This document shows, in pieces, positions 1 through 11,300 of a stretch of 64,000 bases of DNA. Location of the stretch: the IMG/VR virus record IMGVR_UViG_3300042691_005779; one strand, given 5' to 3'. The notes under the pieces are model-generated. The model had not been told where the DNA came from. It did no database searches and saw only the letters and a program-made list of their open reading frames with translations. This DNA is from a virus (taxonomy: Duplodnaviria > Heunggongvirae > Uroviricota > Caudoviricetes). The first letter of the stretch is position 1; each line of letters starts with the position of its first letter. The position numbers and the translations under genes are program-made.

Positions 1-903
1 TGAAGAAGTTATAGGGGGTGTTGTAATGCTGAATGCTGGAGGCATGGCAAGTTGTACACTTGTCACTGTTCCTACAGACCAACTTCTGTTTGCTGATAGG
101 TCTTGTGTTAAACCATTGATGCTCAACGTTCTAGTTGTAGGCACTGGTGTATATCCTAATGCAGATACAATATCTCCTTGTGTTACAGGAGTGGCAGACG
201 TAACAAGACCTTTGCCATTCACAGCCACCTTTAAAAAGGTGTTGCTTCCATAGACATTAGGGTTGACAGTCTGTAATGTAAGAGTTGTAGGAGAACCTGT
301 TGTACCAGTTCCTGTTACATCACCAACAATGATGATGACACCAGAAGGAACAGCAATGTTTACAGGAGTAACATTAGTTACAAGTCCTTTTGCATTCACT
401 GTTATTCTTGGAACCTGTGTAGTGGAACCATAAGTTCCTGGGTTAGCATTGACACTAGCCAATGTAAGAACAGCAGACCCTGGGCCACTAGCTGTACCAT
501 CTCCTGTTAGTGCTGTGATATAAGGACCTGATGGTTGGTATGATGTATTATCTAAGCTACCATCCCCCTTAACAAAATCTGAAGAGGTACCACCTGTTGT
601 TATTAATGCTGCAGACTCAATTGAATCTGAAATCTTGAATGTATAGCCATTGCTAAGAATAACTGTGTTCTGGGTTAAGCTACCGCCTAGCTTCACTGGT
701 TGACCAGGAGCTGACTGTATAATTCCATTTTGGAATATATACCCAAGACCAGCATCTCCAAACTTAGCGTCTATTTTTTGTAGAGCAGTTTGAAGACTAT
801 CATTAGTATTGATGCCAGTGTATATTAAATTCTCACCTTCATAGAATACGCAGGTGGCATTTAGTATGACTGGACATGGTTCTGCTGAGCAAGATACATC
901 CAT
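1..903 (-). CDS. Tail fiber-like protein, N-terminal 301 aa; the gene continues beyond the window start
   Basis: Unlisted minus-strand ORF with ATG at 903-901, open through position 1. Own translation MDVSCSAEPCPVILNATCVFYEGENLIYTGINTNDSLQTALQKIDAKFGDAGLGY. Tandem internal repeats (PGTYGSTTQVPRITVNAKGLVTNVTPV; PNVYGSNTFLKVAVNGKGLVTSATPV). The N-terminal Cys-cluster plus YTG..GI.TND..ALQKID module is shared with ORFs 36309..37442 and 36035..36298. Confidence 0.6.
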   Translation of the reverse strand, partial: MDVSCSAEPCPVILNATCVFYEGENLIYTGINTNDSLQTALQKIDAKFGDAGLGYIFQNGIIQSAPGQPVKLGGSLTQNTVILSNGYTFKISDSIESAALITTGGTSSDFVKGDGSLDNTSYQPSGPYITALTGDGTASGPGSAVLTLASVNANPGTYGSTTQVPRITVNAKGLVTNVTPVNIAVPSGVIIIVGDVTGTGTTGSPTTLTLQTVNPNVYGSNTFLKVAVNGKGLVTSATPVTQGDIVSALGYTPVPTTRTLSINGLTQDLSANRSWSVGTVTSVQLAMPPAFSITTPPITSS

Positions 904-945
904 AATATATTAATAATAAAAATGTGTAAGTAATTGATACGCAAA

Positions 946-976
946 TAGGTGTACCTCTTTCTATAGAGTACACCTA
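946..976 (-). terminator. Stem-loop (TAGGTGTACCTCT / TAGAGTACACCTA) between the 1424-aa gene and the fiber gene; candidate intrinsic terminator
   Basis: About 12-bp imperfect inverted repeat, followed on the minus strand by TTTGCG; weak U-tract. Confidence 0.4.
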
Positions 977-1050
977 TATACGCAAAAATAGTTTAAATTA
1001 GTTTATTTTCAATGAGTTAGATAAAACTATGCTACATAATATAGCATTAT

Positions 1051-4000
1051 TTATCTACTTTCTTGTTGTATAGTAACGTCATACTCTTTAGCAAATTCAG
1101 AATCAAATATAGCTAGGTATGTTACAAGTGATTTTGTGAAAGGAAACATCTTCATAGCGTTCTTTATAGGCTGTGCTTTCTTCCTTACATCCTCTGTTGT
1201 TGTATCTAGTTTCATATCAAGCCCTGTTGTTTCCATCCATAAATGGTCCATAAATCTACCAAAGTCTTTGATAAGACCTGCTGCTGGGAATATGCCCTGA
1301 TCTAATAGGGATTGATAGTTCACTGGGTTATAGAAGAATGAAAGCTCACCCACAAACTTATCTATTGTCTTCAATGCAAATCTGTGGAAGTTTTTAGTAG
1401 CTTTATCTTTATCATCATCAGGTGCCATGAAGCCTAGAGATAACATCAATCCTACCAATGCTCCTAGAATAGCTAGTTCCTTAATCTGATTGTGTAGGTT
1501 GTTTCTCACCATGTCAATAAACTCCTCTTTGGTCATGTATAATTGTTGACCTGTAGTTTTCTCATACTCTTCTCTGTACTCTTCATACATATCATTAAGC
1601 TTCCTGATACCATCATCATTCATGTTGATGATGTTAAGCAGGTTAGTTTGCTTATCTTTAAATGAAGAACCAATTACAGCAGCTAGTAGACGAATACGTC
1701 CAATGTCATACTTCTCACCAACAGGTATTCCATCCTCACCAATCTCTACAGAGAAGTCATCACTCACTCTTCTAAACTCAGAGAAACGTGTATCTGTTAG
1801 CTTTGGTATCCAGTTTTTGAACAGCATCATAGACTTGGTCCAGATAGACATAGACATTCTGTTAATGTCACCATCTGACAAGTTACCTGTTGCATTCCTA
1901 GAGATACGTCTAGTCAGCGTGGTAAGTCTTTGTATCTCATCTCTATTGCTTAGATCCAAGCCAGGGATAACTAACTTACCGTCTACTAACTTCTTAGTAT
2001 TAGCAATAGATCTTTTCTTCTTCAACTCCTCAATCTCTGCATCTATCTTAGCTTTGCTTTCCTGAAACTTAGCAGCACTATCATATCTGTCTTTGTACTT
2101 GCTGTTTACAAACTCTCTGATACTCACAATCTTACCATTCTCTACCATCATGTTTTCAAGTAGTGTCAAGAATGTAGCTTTCTCTAATAGTTGTTCTGGC
2201 TTTCTCATGAAGACCATCAAGAAGTCACCTAAGTTACCTCTTGTTAATGTAGTCATACCAGCTCTGTTAAACTCTTCATAAGAAGGGTCATCCTTTAATG
2301 GCATGAATGTGTTTATGAGTTCTGTAAAGATTTCTCTATCTTTCCTGTTATCAAATCTCTGACCAATAAGTTTAATCTCATTCTTTGCAAATTCTCTACT
2401 CTTGAAGTAGTTTCCTGCTTGGGTGGCAATTTGAATATTACCACCAAACATGTTTGCAGCACCAGAGATGAATTCAAATCCAAGGGCCTTTAATTGGAAT
2501 GCTCTGTTAGCAGCATCCATTGTTTTAATTAATGATGTAGGTGTAGGGTTTTCTTCAGGTGAAAAGATTTCCTTACCAGCAAGTCTATTAATACCATTCT
2601 TAACAAAGTTTGTCACCTTGCCCATGTTTAATGGTAAGTCTGCATTATCTACAGTGTATTTCTGATCATACAACAAAGCTCTTAAGAACTCATCATATAT
2701 CTTTGTATTCTCTTCATTACCAGGAAGTTCTTGTGGAGTACCATCTTTTCTAACTATATCACTATATCTAGTGGTGTTAAGATGTCCTTTGAACGACTCA
2801 ATGGTTCTTACTAAGTTTAACTGACCTTCTACATCAGATAGATACTTATACTTCTCTACCTGTTGAATGTATAGAATTAGGTTTTTAAATAAGTCTTCAC
2901 TCACATCAGAGTAGTCATTAACTCCTGTATCAGTTTGTGTGAAGTCATATGTATAGTATTTAGGAATACCATTCTGTAGTTCCCCTGTGATTTCGTTGAT
3001 GCTACCATAACCAGTGTCATCTGTTCTAGCTTGTAAGCTATTATAAAAGTTGCTCATGATAGACAACTTATTATCCCACACAAGCTGCTCAGCCATGCTC
3101 TTTCTAATGAATGGTAGAAAGTTTTTAGACACCATGTTGTTGATGTAACCAATATCCTTTGCCTTCTCATTATACTTAGTAATGAAATTGTATAGCTCAA
3201 GTAGGTCAGGATCTTTCTGAATCTCTAAGTATTCTTCAGAGAACCAGTCATCTTTAGGATGTCTCTTAATAACATAGTTGTTGAAGCCATTGAAGTCTGC
3301 TCTATCTATATCCCATAAGCGTTGTGCCTCAAGTATATATCTTTCTCTCTGTTCATTTTGTTCTTCTTCAGAACCAGAGTAAGAGTTTTTACTGATTCTA
3401 GCAATCTGGTTTTCTAACAAAGGTGCAGCTTCTTTTCTATAAGCTTCTACATCAATGTTATTTAATAACCATTCTTTATCTCCACCTTCCTTAGCTTTCT
3501 CATCTATTTGCTCAAAGAAGTCTTTCTTATACTTATAGATTAGTTTATTTACCAATCCACCTTCTGTAGTCTTTTGGTAAAGCTTTTGTACAAGTTTTCT
3601 TGTATCACCACCTCTAGCAACAAGCTTATCTCTAAGACTCATTAGGACTTCCACTTCTTTAAATGCATCAGCTGCAGCGTTGTTCTTTGCTGTAGATGTA
3701 AGTTTATATAAAACTTGTAATGCACGTGAAGGTAGTTCAGATACACCTCTAAATCTAGCAGCCAATCCTTTGATTACTGCCTCAGCTTTGGTTAATCCTG
3801 TTACAAGGTTTCTTTGTCCTATGTGTTTATCAGCAAACTCTTCAGATGCCTTAGTAATTTGTTTAATAGAAAGTCTAATGAATTTAGACTCTGAATCTAG
3901 TTCTTGTAAGATTTCTTTTCTAATAGCTACGTTCTCTTTTTCTTCTTCACTAGCAGCTGACTCTTCCATGTCTGCTGTATAGATTAAATAACCTATATCA

Positions 4001-5325
4001 TCACCAATGCTTGAGAAGACTTCAGAGAATCTAATGTAGTTATTCATATCATCAGCAAAGTCAGATAGTTCTGCGTTTGTAGAGTCAGTGTCTCTAGCAG
4101 CTCTGTCTTTGTAGATAGTGTTGTAGTCATTTAAGATTCTATCACCATCTCTTCTCATCACCTGGATTACGTCTATGAGAGGTTGTAGGTTACCAGTTCC
4201 TTGCACTAAACGAATGGCTTTTCTGAGAGTATTCATACGTTCAATCTTGAACATACGCTCTCCCTCATCAGTCACCTTCTCTTTAGCATATTCACGCATT
4301 AGTGCATTCAACTTACGTAATACACCATCAAGTGCTTCACTACCAGTGGTTTCTGATTCTTCAGATAATGGAATAAGTTTAAGATCCATAATAGGATCTA
4401 TTTGAGACTTATCTACAGAACCAACTGCCATACCTGTAAGTTCATATCCCTCTTTTGGATTTTGTTTGTCTTTCAATCCAAACTCCATAGAGATGGGAAT
4501 AGCACGTAACATACCAAACTCCTTCACTCCATAGTTATCACGTAACATCTGTTTGTATGTACCAATCTGGATATTGAATGCTCCTTGTTTAAACCAGGCA
4601 ACATCATTACCAGCAATGTACATAAACTTCCAGTCTAGGATGTGAGTCTTACCATTAGGATCTACAGCAAGAAAGTCAATTGTACCAGCCTCTTTATTTT
4701 TACTATCATAAACTATCACCTCAGAGAATACTAATGTATCCTTAGGGAATGTTTTGATTAAGTCAGAATAATAAGTCTCAAGCATGTTATACATTGCTTG
4801 GGTCTCTACATTGAATTTATTAGGTCTGTCTAATGGTTCAGGTCTTCTGGTTCCATCTTTATTGAAGTATCTTTCATGTATTTCTTCTAGATCTTTGTGA
4901 CCAGCAACCCCATAGTTTCTTTTAAGTTCATTGAACTTCTTCTCTGCTTCAGTGAACTGCTTGTTACCAAACCTTTCTTTATACCAAGCTTTAACCCTAT
5001 CAGTTACCCTCTTTGTTATCTTAGTCCAAGTACCATCACTATTCATGATTTCATAGCCATTGTTAGCTTCTTCAGAATCTAATAACAGAGGATCTGTGTT
5101 TGCAGAATCATACTGAACCTTCTTAATATACTTAGGATCTTGTGTTCTAGCTAACTGCTCCTGTATTGCTTTCTGAGGAGCAGTAACAATTTGCTCTACA
5201 TTATCAAGAATATCTTGTGGAACCTCACCATTGTATTCATCCCATAGGTAATGAGCCATTGCCTCACCTCTGAGTTCTACAAGCTGCTTCCAACTGTCTG
5301 AGTTTTTATTTGGGCATGTTGCCAT
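1051..5325 (-). CDS. Giant virion/cargo protein (1424 aa) with an N-terminal RecB-family PD-(D/E)xK nuclease-like domain and a C-terminal transmembrane segment
   Basis: Motifs VFSEVIVYD ... GTIDFLAVD ... HILDWKF ... NIQIGTY (QxxxY) at nt about 4510-4760. A hydrophobic LAILGALVGLMLSLGF segment lies near the C-terminus. The start is 1 nt after the stop of the 4055-aa gene. Confidence 0.6.
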   Translation of the reverse strand: MATCPNKNSDSWKQLVELRGEAMAHYLWDEYNGEVPQDILDNVEQIVTAPQKAIQEQLARTQDPKYIKKVQYDSANTDPLLLDSEEANNGYEIMNSDGTWTKITKRVTDRVKAWYKERFGNKQFTEAEKKFNELKRNYGVAGHKDLEEIHERYFNKDGTRRPEPLDRPNKFNVETQAMYNMLETYYSDLIKTFPKDTLVFSEVIVYDSKNKEAGTIDFLAVDPNGKTHILDWKFMYIAGNDVAWFKQGAFNIQIGTYKQMLRDNYGVKEFGMLRAIPISMEFGLKDKQNPKEGYELTGMAVGSVDKSQIDPIMDLKLIPLSEESETTGSEALDGVLRKLNALMREYAKEKVTDEGERMFKIERMNTLRKAIRLVQGTGNLQPLIDVIQVMRRDGDRILNDYNTIYKDRAARDTDSTNAELSDFADDMNNYIRFSEVFSSIGDDIGYLIYTADMEESAASEEEKENVAIRKEILQELDSESKFIRLSIKQITKASEEFADKHIGQRNLVTGLTKAEAVIKGLAARFRGVSELPSRALQVLYKLTSTAKNNAAADAFKEVEVLMSLRDKLVARGGDTRKLVQKLYQKTTEGGLVNKLIYKYKKDFFEQIDEKAKEGGDKEWLLNNIDVEAYRKEAAPLLENQIARISKNSYSGSEEEQNEQRERYILEAQRLWDIDRADFNGFNNYVIKRHPKDDWFSEEYLEIQKDPDLLELYNFITKYNEKAKDIGYINNMVSKNFLPFIRKSMAEQLVWDNKLSIMSNFYNSLQARTDDTGYGSINEITGELQNGIPKYYTYDFTQTDTGVNDYSDVSEDLFKNLILYIQQVEKYKYLSDVEGQLNLVRTIESFKGHLNTTRYSDIVRKDGTPQELPGNEENTKIYDEFLRALLYDQKYTVDNADLPLNMGKVTNFVKNGINRLAGKEIFSPEENPTPTSLIKTMDAANRAFQLKALGFEFISGAANMFGGNIQIATQAGNYFKSREFAKNEIKLIGQRFDNRKDREIFTELINTFMPLKDDPSYEEFNRAGMTTLTRGNLGDFLMVFMRKPEQLLEKATFLTLLENMMVENGKIVSIREFVNSKYKDRYDSAAKFQESKAKIDAEIEELKKKRSIANTKKLVDGKLVIPGLDLSNRDEIQRLTTLTRRISRNATGNLSDGDINRMSMSIWTKSMMLFKNWIPKLTDTRFSEFRRVSDDFSVEIGEDGIPVGEKYDIGRIRLLAAVIGSSFKDKQTNLLNIINMNDDGIRKLNDMYEEYREEYEKTTGQQLYMTKEEFIDMVRNNLHNQIKELAILGALVGLMLSLGFMAPDDDKDKATKNFHRFALKTIDKFVGELSFFYNPVNYQSLLDQGIFPAAGLIKDFGRFMDHLWMETTGLDMKLDTTTEDVRKKAQPIKNAMKMFPFTKSLVTYLAIFDSEFAKEYDVTIQQESR

Positions 5326-5326
5326 A

Positions 5327-8300
5327 TTAACAGATTTCTTTTAGTATGTTACCAATTTCTTCAGGAGTATATCCTAGCTTCTTTAAAAGCTTACCATCTA
5401 TTTCTAGTTTTGTATAAGCTCTACCATCCTGTAAAGTTAATGTTTCTTGTGGATCTCCAACAAACAAATTACTAACGTCTTGTATTTTCTTTAAAACCTC
5501 AGTGTTAGTAATGTTATTTACATTTTGTTGGAACATAGCAATTGCTTTATCAATAGTGCTAGAACCTATATGAGTTATATATAAACCTCCTGCTTCAACT
5601 CTCCAATCATCTTTGTATATGAAACCTTCTTGATCAATAGCCTCATTTGAAACATACACATTAGCATTAGGATATTCAGGAATTATAAGTTTATATCCTT
5701 CTTTCTCAACCTCTTTATTATCACGTATTATTGTAAACTTTGTTTTCTTTGTAGCTCTTCTTGGAAGTGATATCTTACCTTCAATTACATTTGTACTTTC
5801 ATTAATAGTCTGTGGAGGAGTTACAGTTTCTTTATCTGTACCTGTAGCCTCATCATATGTAAAGAACTCTAATATATCAGCATCTTCTACTTCCCTTGAT
5901 TCTTCAAAACCATTAGGAATTACAGATGTTTTAACTACATTATAAAACTCATTAGCTTTAATACCATCTCCCCACGCATTGATTTGCTTGTAGGTATAAA
6001 CATCTGTGCCATAGAAGTTTTTGGTAGTTAATGGAGATGTTCCATTGTACACCTTCTTGAACAGTGCCTTCTTGATGTAAGAGTAGTCTCCTCTCTTTCT
6101 CATTTCAGCCTTCTCTTCTTTACTTCCAATCTCCCAAGAGTATACAATATAGTCTTTGTTTGCATCACGTGCTAGAGAAGAAAGCTTCATTAGCTGTGGT
6201 ATTCTTCCTAGATTTGTAGCATCTTCAATGGTTTGGTCTTTCATATTCAATGCATTAGCATAGAACCAATCACCATTTTTGTTTTGCTTAAACTTAGCTT
6301 TTCTATATGGAACAATGTCATCATTATTCCAGTTGTTTCTTTGGAACACACCTAAGTTATAGAAGTCATCTAAGTTAGGCATCTTGTTTAATGTAGACAA
6401 TGTCTTATTGTAAACCTCTTCAAAGTCTTCATATGGAAGCAAGCTTGTGTAAGATATAGGACTCTTAGATAATCCTGATTGTAATACAGCAAGTCTTACA
6501 ATCTTACCATACAGAGGATCATCACCAAGGTATTCTTTCAGCTCTCTAAAACCATTAATGATTTCGTTTTGATCAAACACCTTGTTACTCTTATTCTTTA
6601 TCTTAACATTGTTCACTCCACCTTTTGTTGGAGAAGGTAACTGTTCTAGTAACTTAATTGCTTGATTATCAATTAGTTTGTGTCTTTTGTTATTTTTAAC
6701 TTTAACTACAAAGTTGTTGATGTCACGAGCAGCGTTGTTATCTGATAATAGTATTTCTGAAATCTGAGTGTTTAACTTTCTATCTATTTGTACAGCCCAG
6801 TCAAATAAGTCAGCTACAGCTTTCTGTGCCACCTTAATGAAGTCTCCATCTGGTAAGTCTGTATAAGGAAGTAGAACCTTTTCTATTACGCTTCTAACGT
6901 TCTTATTGTCAGATGTAAGTATCTCAGCATAGGCATTTCTTACATCCTGTAATCTGTTAGCCATTACTCCTAAGAAAGAGTTTTCTAATATAGAATCTAC
7001 ACCAGGGATAATGTTACCATTTTTATCTACAGAAGCAATGATTGTCTTTTGAGCTTTGATAAGCTGTTGTTGTTTTTTGAATACTAGGTATGGGTCGTTG
7101 AATGTAGCTGTATCAAAGTTAGACCCTTGAGTTACAGTGAACAACTGACTAGCCATCTTAGCATATTTCAAGAACTCATCTAACATGAATTGTTGCTGAG
7201 CTCTATCATCTTGGTTAGGAAGTTTCTTAGCACCTAATGTTTCTAATAGCTTAGTGTTATTAGGTATAGTGGTAAACTTACTAAAGTTGTAATTCTCACC
7301 TACAGCATACTTTGGATCAGCTTTGATTTCTTTTACAAAGTCATCAATGAATAACCAAGAGTATCCTGAGTTTTCAATCTTACGTAAGTAATCACGTATG
7401 ATTGGTTGGTTCATGAAGTATGCAATAGACTTGATAGGTACACCAACTTTTGCTAGGAACATCCATGTAGATGCTACGTTAGGTGTCATACCTAATTCAA
7501 TAATCCAAGGACCTTTTGCAATGTCCACAAATCCATCAATGAACTGAGATAGGATGTCTGATATTCTTTGTTTGCCTTGGTTATAAACCTGAGAAAGACT
7601 TGGGTATGTTTTACCATTAACTTCTACAGTGTTATAACTTTCAAACTTAATCTTACCATCACCCATCCATTCTCTATCTACATCACTTAGTTTATCTTGC
7701 ATACCATCAAAGTCAACAAAGATGTTGCTTCTTTGGTTAAGAGAATGGTTTGTTTGGTTTACAGCAGCAATACCAATAGCATACTTACCAGATATGAATG
7801 CTTGTCTAAGTCTAGACATAAACCTTCTATCTAACATGTTGCCTGGGTCAGTATAGTCAATCTTAGCCAATCCAAGTTTACCAACTATCTCACCAGATAG
7901 TTTCTTTAATTGGTCTGCTGAGTTAGGAGTAGTTAGAGGCTCAAAGTTCTCTTCACTAGATATAAGGTTTTCAAGAGACTTAAAGTATGCATTCTCTAAT
8001 GATCTTTTGTATAGCTCATAGGTATTCATATCAAGACCCATAGCCTTTATCTTAGCAATAGCCTTTTCTCCTACACCAAAGTAAGGAATAACTCTAAGGT
8101 CACCATTCTTATCTTGGTATATGTTCTTTAGGTATACAGATAACTTATCAATGTCAAAGTCAGAACCTGCTTTCTTAACTAATGCAGATGGGATGATTAC
8201 GCTATCTCCAAACTCTTTAGGTAAGAACTTAGCCACCTTGATGACATCAATAGAGTTTTGCTTCTGTGTAGGGATACGAAACCCTATACCTTTTAATATC

Positions 8301-11300
8301 TCTTGACCTTCATCTGTATTGTTAAGGTAGTCTAACAATTCTTGATCTGACATGTCTATATCAAACCATCTTGATAACATCACCTCAGCAACACGCTGTC
8401 CTTCTTTGTTAGTGTAGAACTTAAGTACATCAGATGTGTATCCTTTCTCACCTGCTTTCTTAACTCTGTTCTCTTCCATAAAGGTAGATGGAAGCTGTAC
8501 TTTCATACCACCATTTACCTTCTGAGAAATAACTTCTCTGTCAGCAATAGAATATAAGATGTTTCTAATCTGTTGGTATGCAGGTGTAGCTTCTAATGTC
8601 ACCTTACCTTCTAAGAAACCAGCTAATGAATCAGCAATGTTGTCATTCACTTCTCTCTTAAGTATCTCTCTACGTAATGTATTAGCTGCTTTAGAGAAGT
8701 CTGTCACTTCAAACTTTTCTCCTACCTTCTTGATTCCCATAGAGTTAAGTAGGTTATTGAAACCTAAACTAATCATTCCCTCAAGAATGTATTGGTTATT
8801 CTTAATCTCATTGTATAATGGAGAAGCTTCTTTTTTCTTATCTTCACTTAGTCTATTCCAAACTTCTACTCCTCCTTTGTAGTCCACAGGCACACCAGTT
8901 TCCATTAAGTCAAGAGTGACTAATTTGGTGATTTGACTACCTCTTGTAACCTCTCCATCTTCTTTAGAAGGTACATCAGATTGAGTAGACATGATAGAGA
9001 AAGGAACGTTTACAAGTTGCTTTTCAGTAAAAGGTGCCTCGTTAAAATTATCATTTTCATCATATGGATCAAATGTTTCTTGAGCTCCCACCTTTCTACC
9101 AGACTTGAATACAACATAGTCAATGTCCTCTCTTTGCATCTTGTTGTACAACTTGATAGCATTTACATCAGGGTTAAACTCATGTAACACTCTGAAGCTC
9201 AATGGATAAAGGGCAAACTTATCTAGTACAATATCATTGTATAATTGACCATTACCTTTATTACCAGATACAATAGGTTTGATTGGAGTGTATGTGCTTT
9301 GAACACCAGGATTACTTTTTAGTAATTCTTTTATTTGTTCTGGGGTAGCACCTGCCTTTACAGCTTTCTCATATCTAATATCAAATCTGTATTGTAGCTC
9401 CTCATCACTATTCCAATCACCACTGCGTATTCTAAAGTTACGATGGGCAGGTAGAGATATAATACCAGAACCATCTGTTTCTTCAAATGGTTCTTCCTCA
9501 GAAGCTAATTCAAATTCTATAGCATAAGGATATTGTCCTACTAATCTATCTGTTACAGATTTTTCCCAACCTTCTTTCTGCCATGTGGCATCTTGATATT
9601 CTTTAGTAAAAGGAACAACATTTGTAATTCTAGTATAAGCAACTCGACCACTTTTATCTGTCATGCGAATTGTTTTACCAACCAAGTCTTCAATGTTAGT
9701 AAGACCATAATCTTGCATCATCCTTTGGATATCAGTATTAGCACGAGTAGTTCTAGTTCTGTCTCCTGAAAGAATTAAATCCATAGTAGACTTACCTGCA
9801 AACTTAGCCTGCATTTTACGTCCACCTTGACCATCTGTAAAGTTTTGTTCAATAGGAGTAAGACTATCAGCTTCTTCTTTATTAATTCCACCTTTACCAT
9901 ATCCAGGCAAATCACCAACTGCTAATACATCAGTCATTGTAACTGTTCTGAAATAGTCTCTTGTGAAGTCTATATATCCTACTTCCCCTTCTTTGAACTC
10001 TTTGTTATATACATTGTTCATAGCAGCATTTAACTCTGAAGAGTTAGCTGCTAATGATTGACGTGGAGATAGGAAGTTCTTAATACGCTTTAACTCATCC
10101 TTGTATTGATATGGATCTGAGTATAATAACTTATGTAGCTCAATGTTATTGATCATGAAGTTGATCTGTAGCATCTCAAGATGCTGCATCAAATCTTCAT
10201 CATCCATAACCTTACCCATAGATAGATTAGTCAAAGTCCAAACGTCTGGCTCTTCCTCATCTATTTTAATAATATCATAGTCGTATAGAGTATTCTTAAA
10301 CTGCCTTGTTTTATCAGCAATGTATTTAGCTAACGCAGCATTTATTCTATCTTCATTTGCAGCATAAACTTCTTCAGAAGTTCCTTCTGCTTCTATAATA
10401 TCATTATGTAATGTCTCACCTAAGATGGCTTTGAAGAAACGTAACTCTTTGCTGTTTCTAACATCACGTCCTTCCTTGGCAAGGTTTAACTCAGATATAA
10501 GGTAGCCTTTGAATATCTCATTGATTCCACCATTTTCATATCCTTCTATTACATTCTCTTTGCTAACAGCATTTTTCATATAAACCATGTGCTCTAGAGA
10601 TGAGTCTCCAGGAACAAGGTTATAGTAGAAACCTGCCAAGTTCATATTGATCTCTTGGATCAAACGTTCTTGGTAAGTAAGCTTACTAGATTGTTTCTTC
10701 TTAGCATTGGTAGAGTTGATTGTACCATCAGCCCAAGCAGGTTCCATTAAGTTTTCTGAATCCTTGATACGATCTCCATTACCAGCAATATCAAACATCT
10801 TGTTTAATATTACAGAGTTTTGAGCAAATGTATCTGTTAATAGATATGCATATGGAGTGTTAGCTAATTCACTAATGTTACTTAGTTTAGACAATGCACT
10901 ATGTAAATTGCTTAGGGCATTCACACCAATAAAGGTTTGTGTAGCATCTCCATTTACATTATAGAATACACTATCAAACTCAGGGTTTTTAATCTTAGCT
11001 TGGATAGTGGCTAGTTCTAATAATCTACCATTGATAGATAGGGTTCTACCTGTTAGTGTAGATACCACCTCAAGATCTGTAAAGCTCTTCTTTATACCTA
11101 ATGTTGCATTAGTAAATCTAGTTTTGTCATCCACATCTAATTGATCTACATCAGCTATGTTAAATGGAATTCCAAGCTTATTTAAGAACTTAACTTGTTC
11201 TTCTAATGTAGCTGTAGGGAAATCTCCAATAACAGCTTTACCTTGATTATTTATCTTAGGAGCATACCCCTTTCTTAAACCACTGTATTCAAAGTATTTA

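Noticed and set aside
26-253. Plus-strand ORF of 75 aa near the window start
   Set aside because: Antisense to the much longer minus-strand fiber ORF (1..903), which has coherent repeats and a conserved N-terminus; treated as a shadow ORF.
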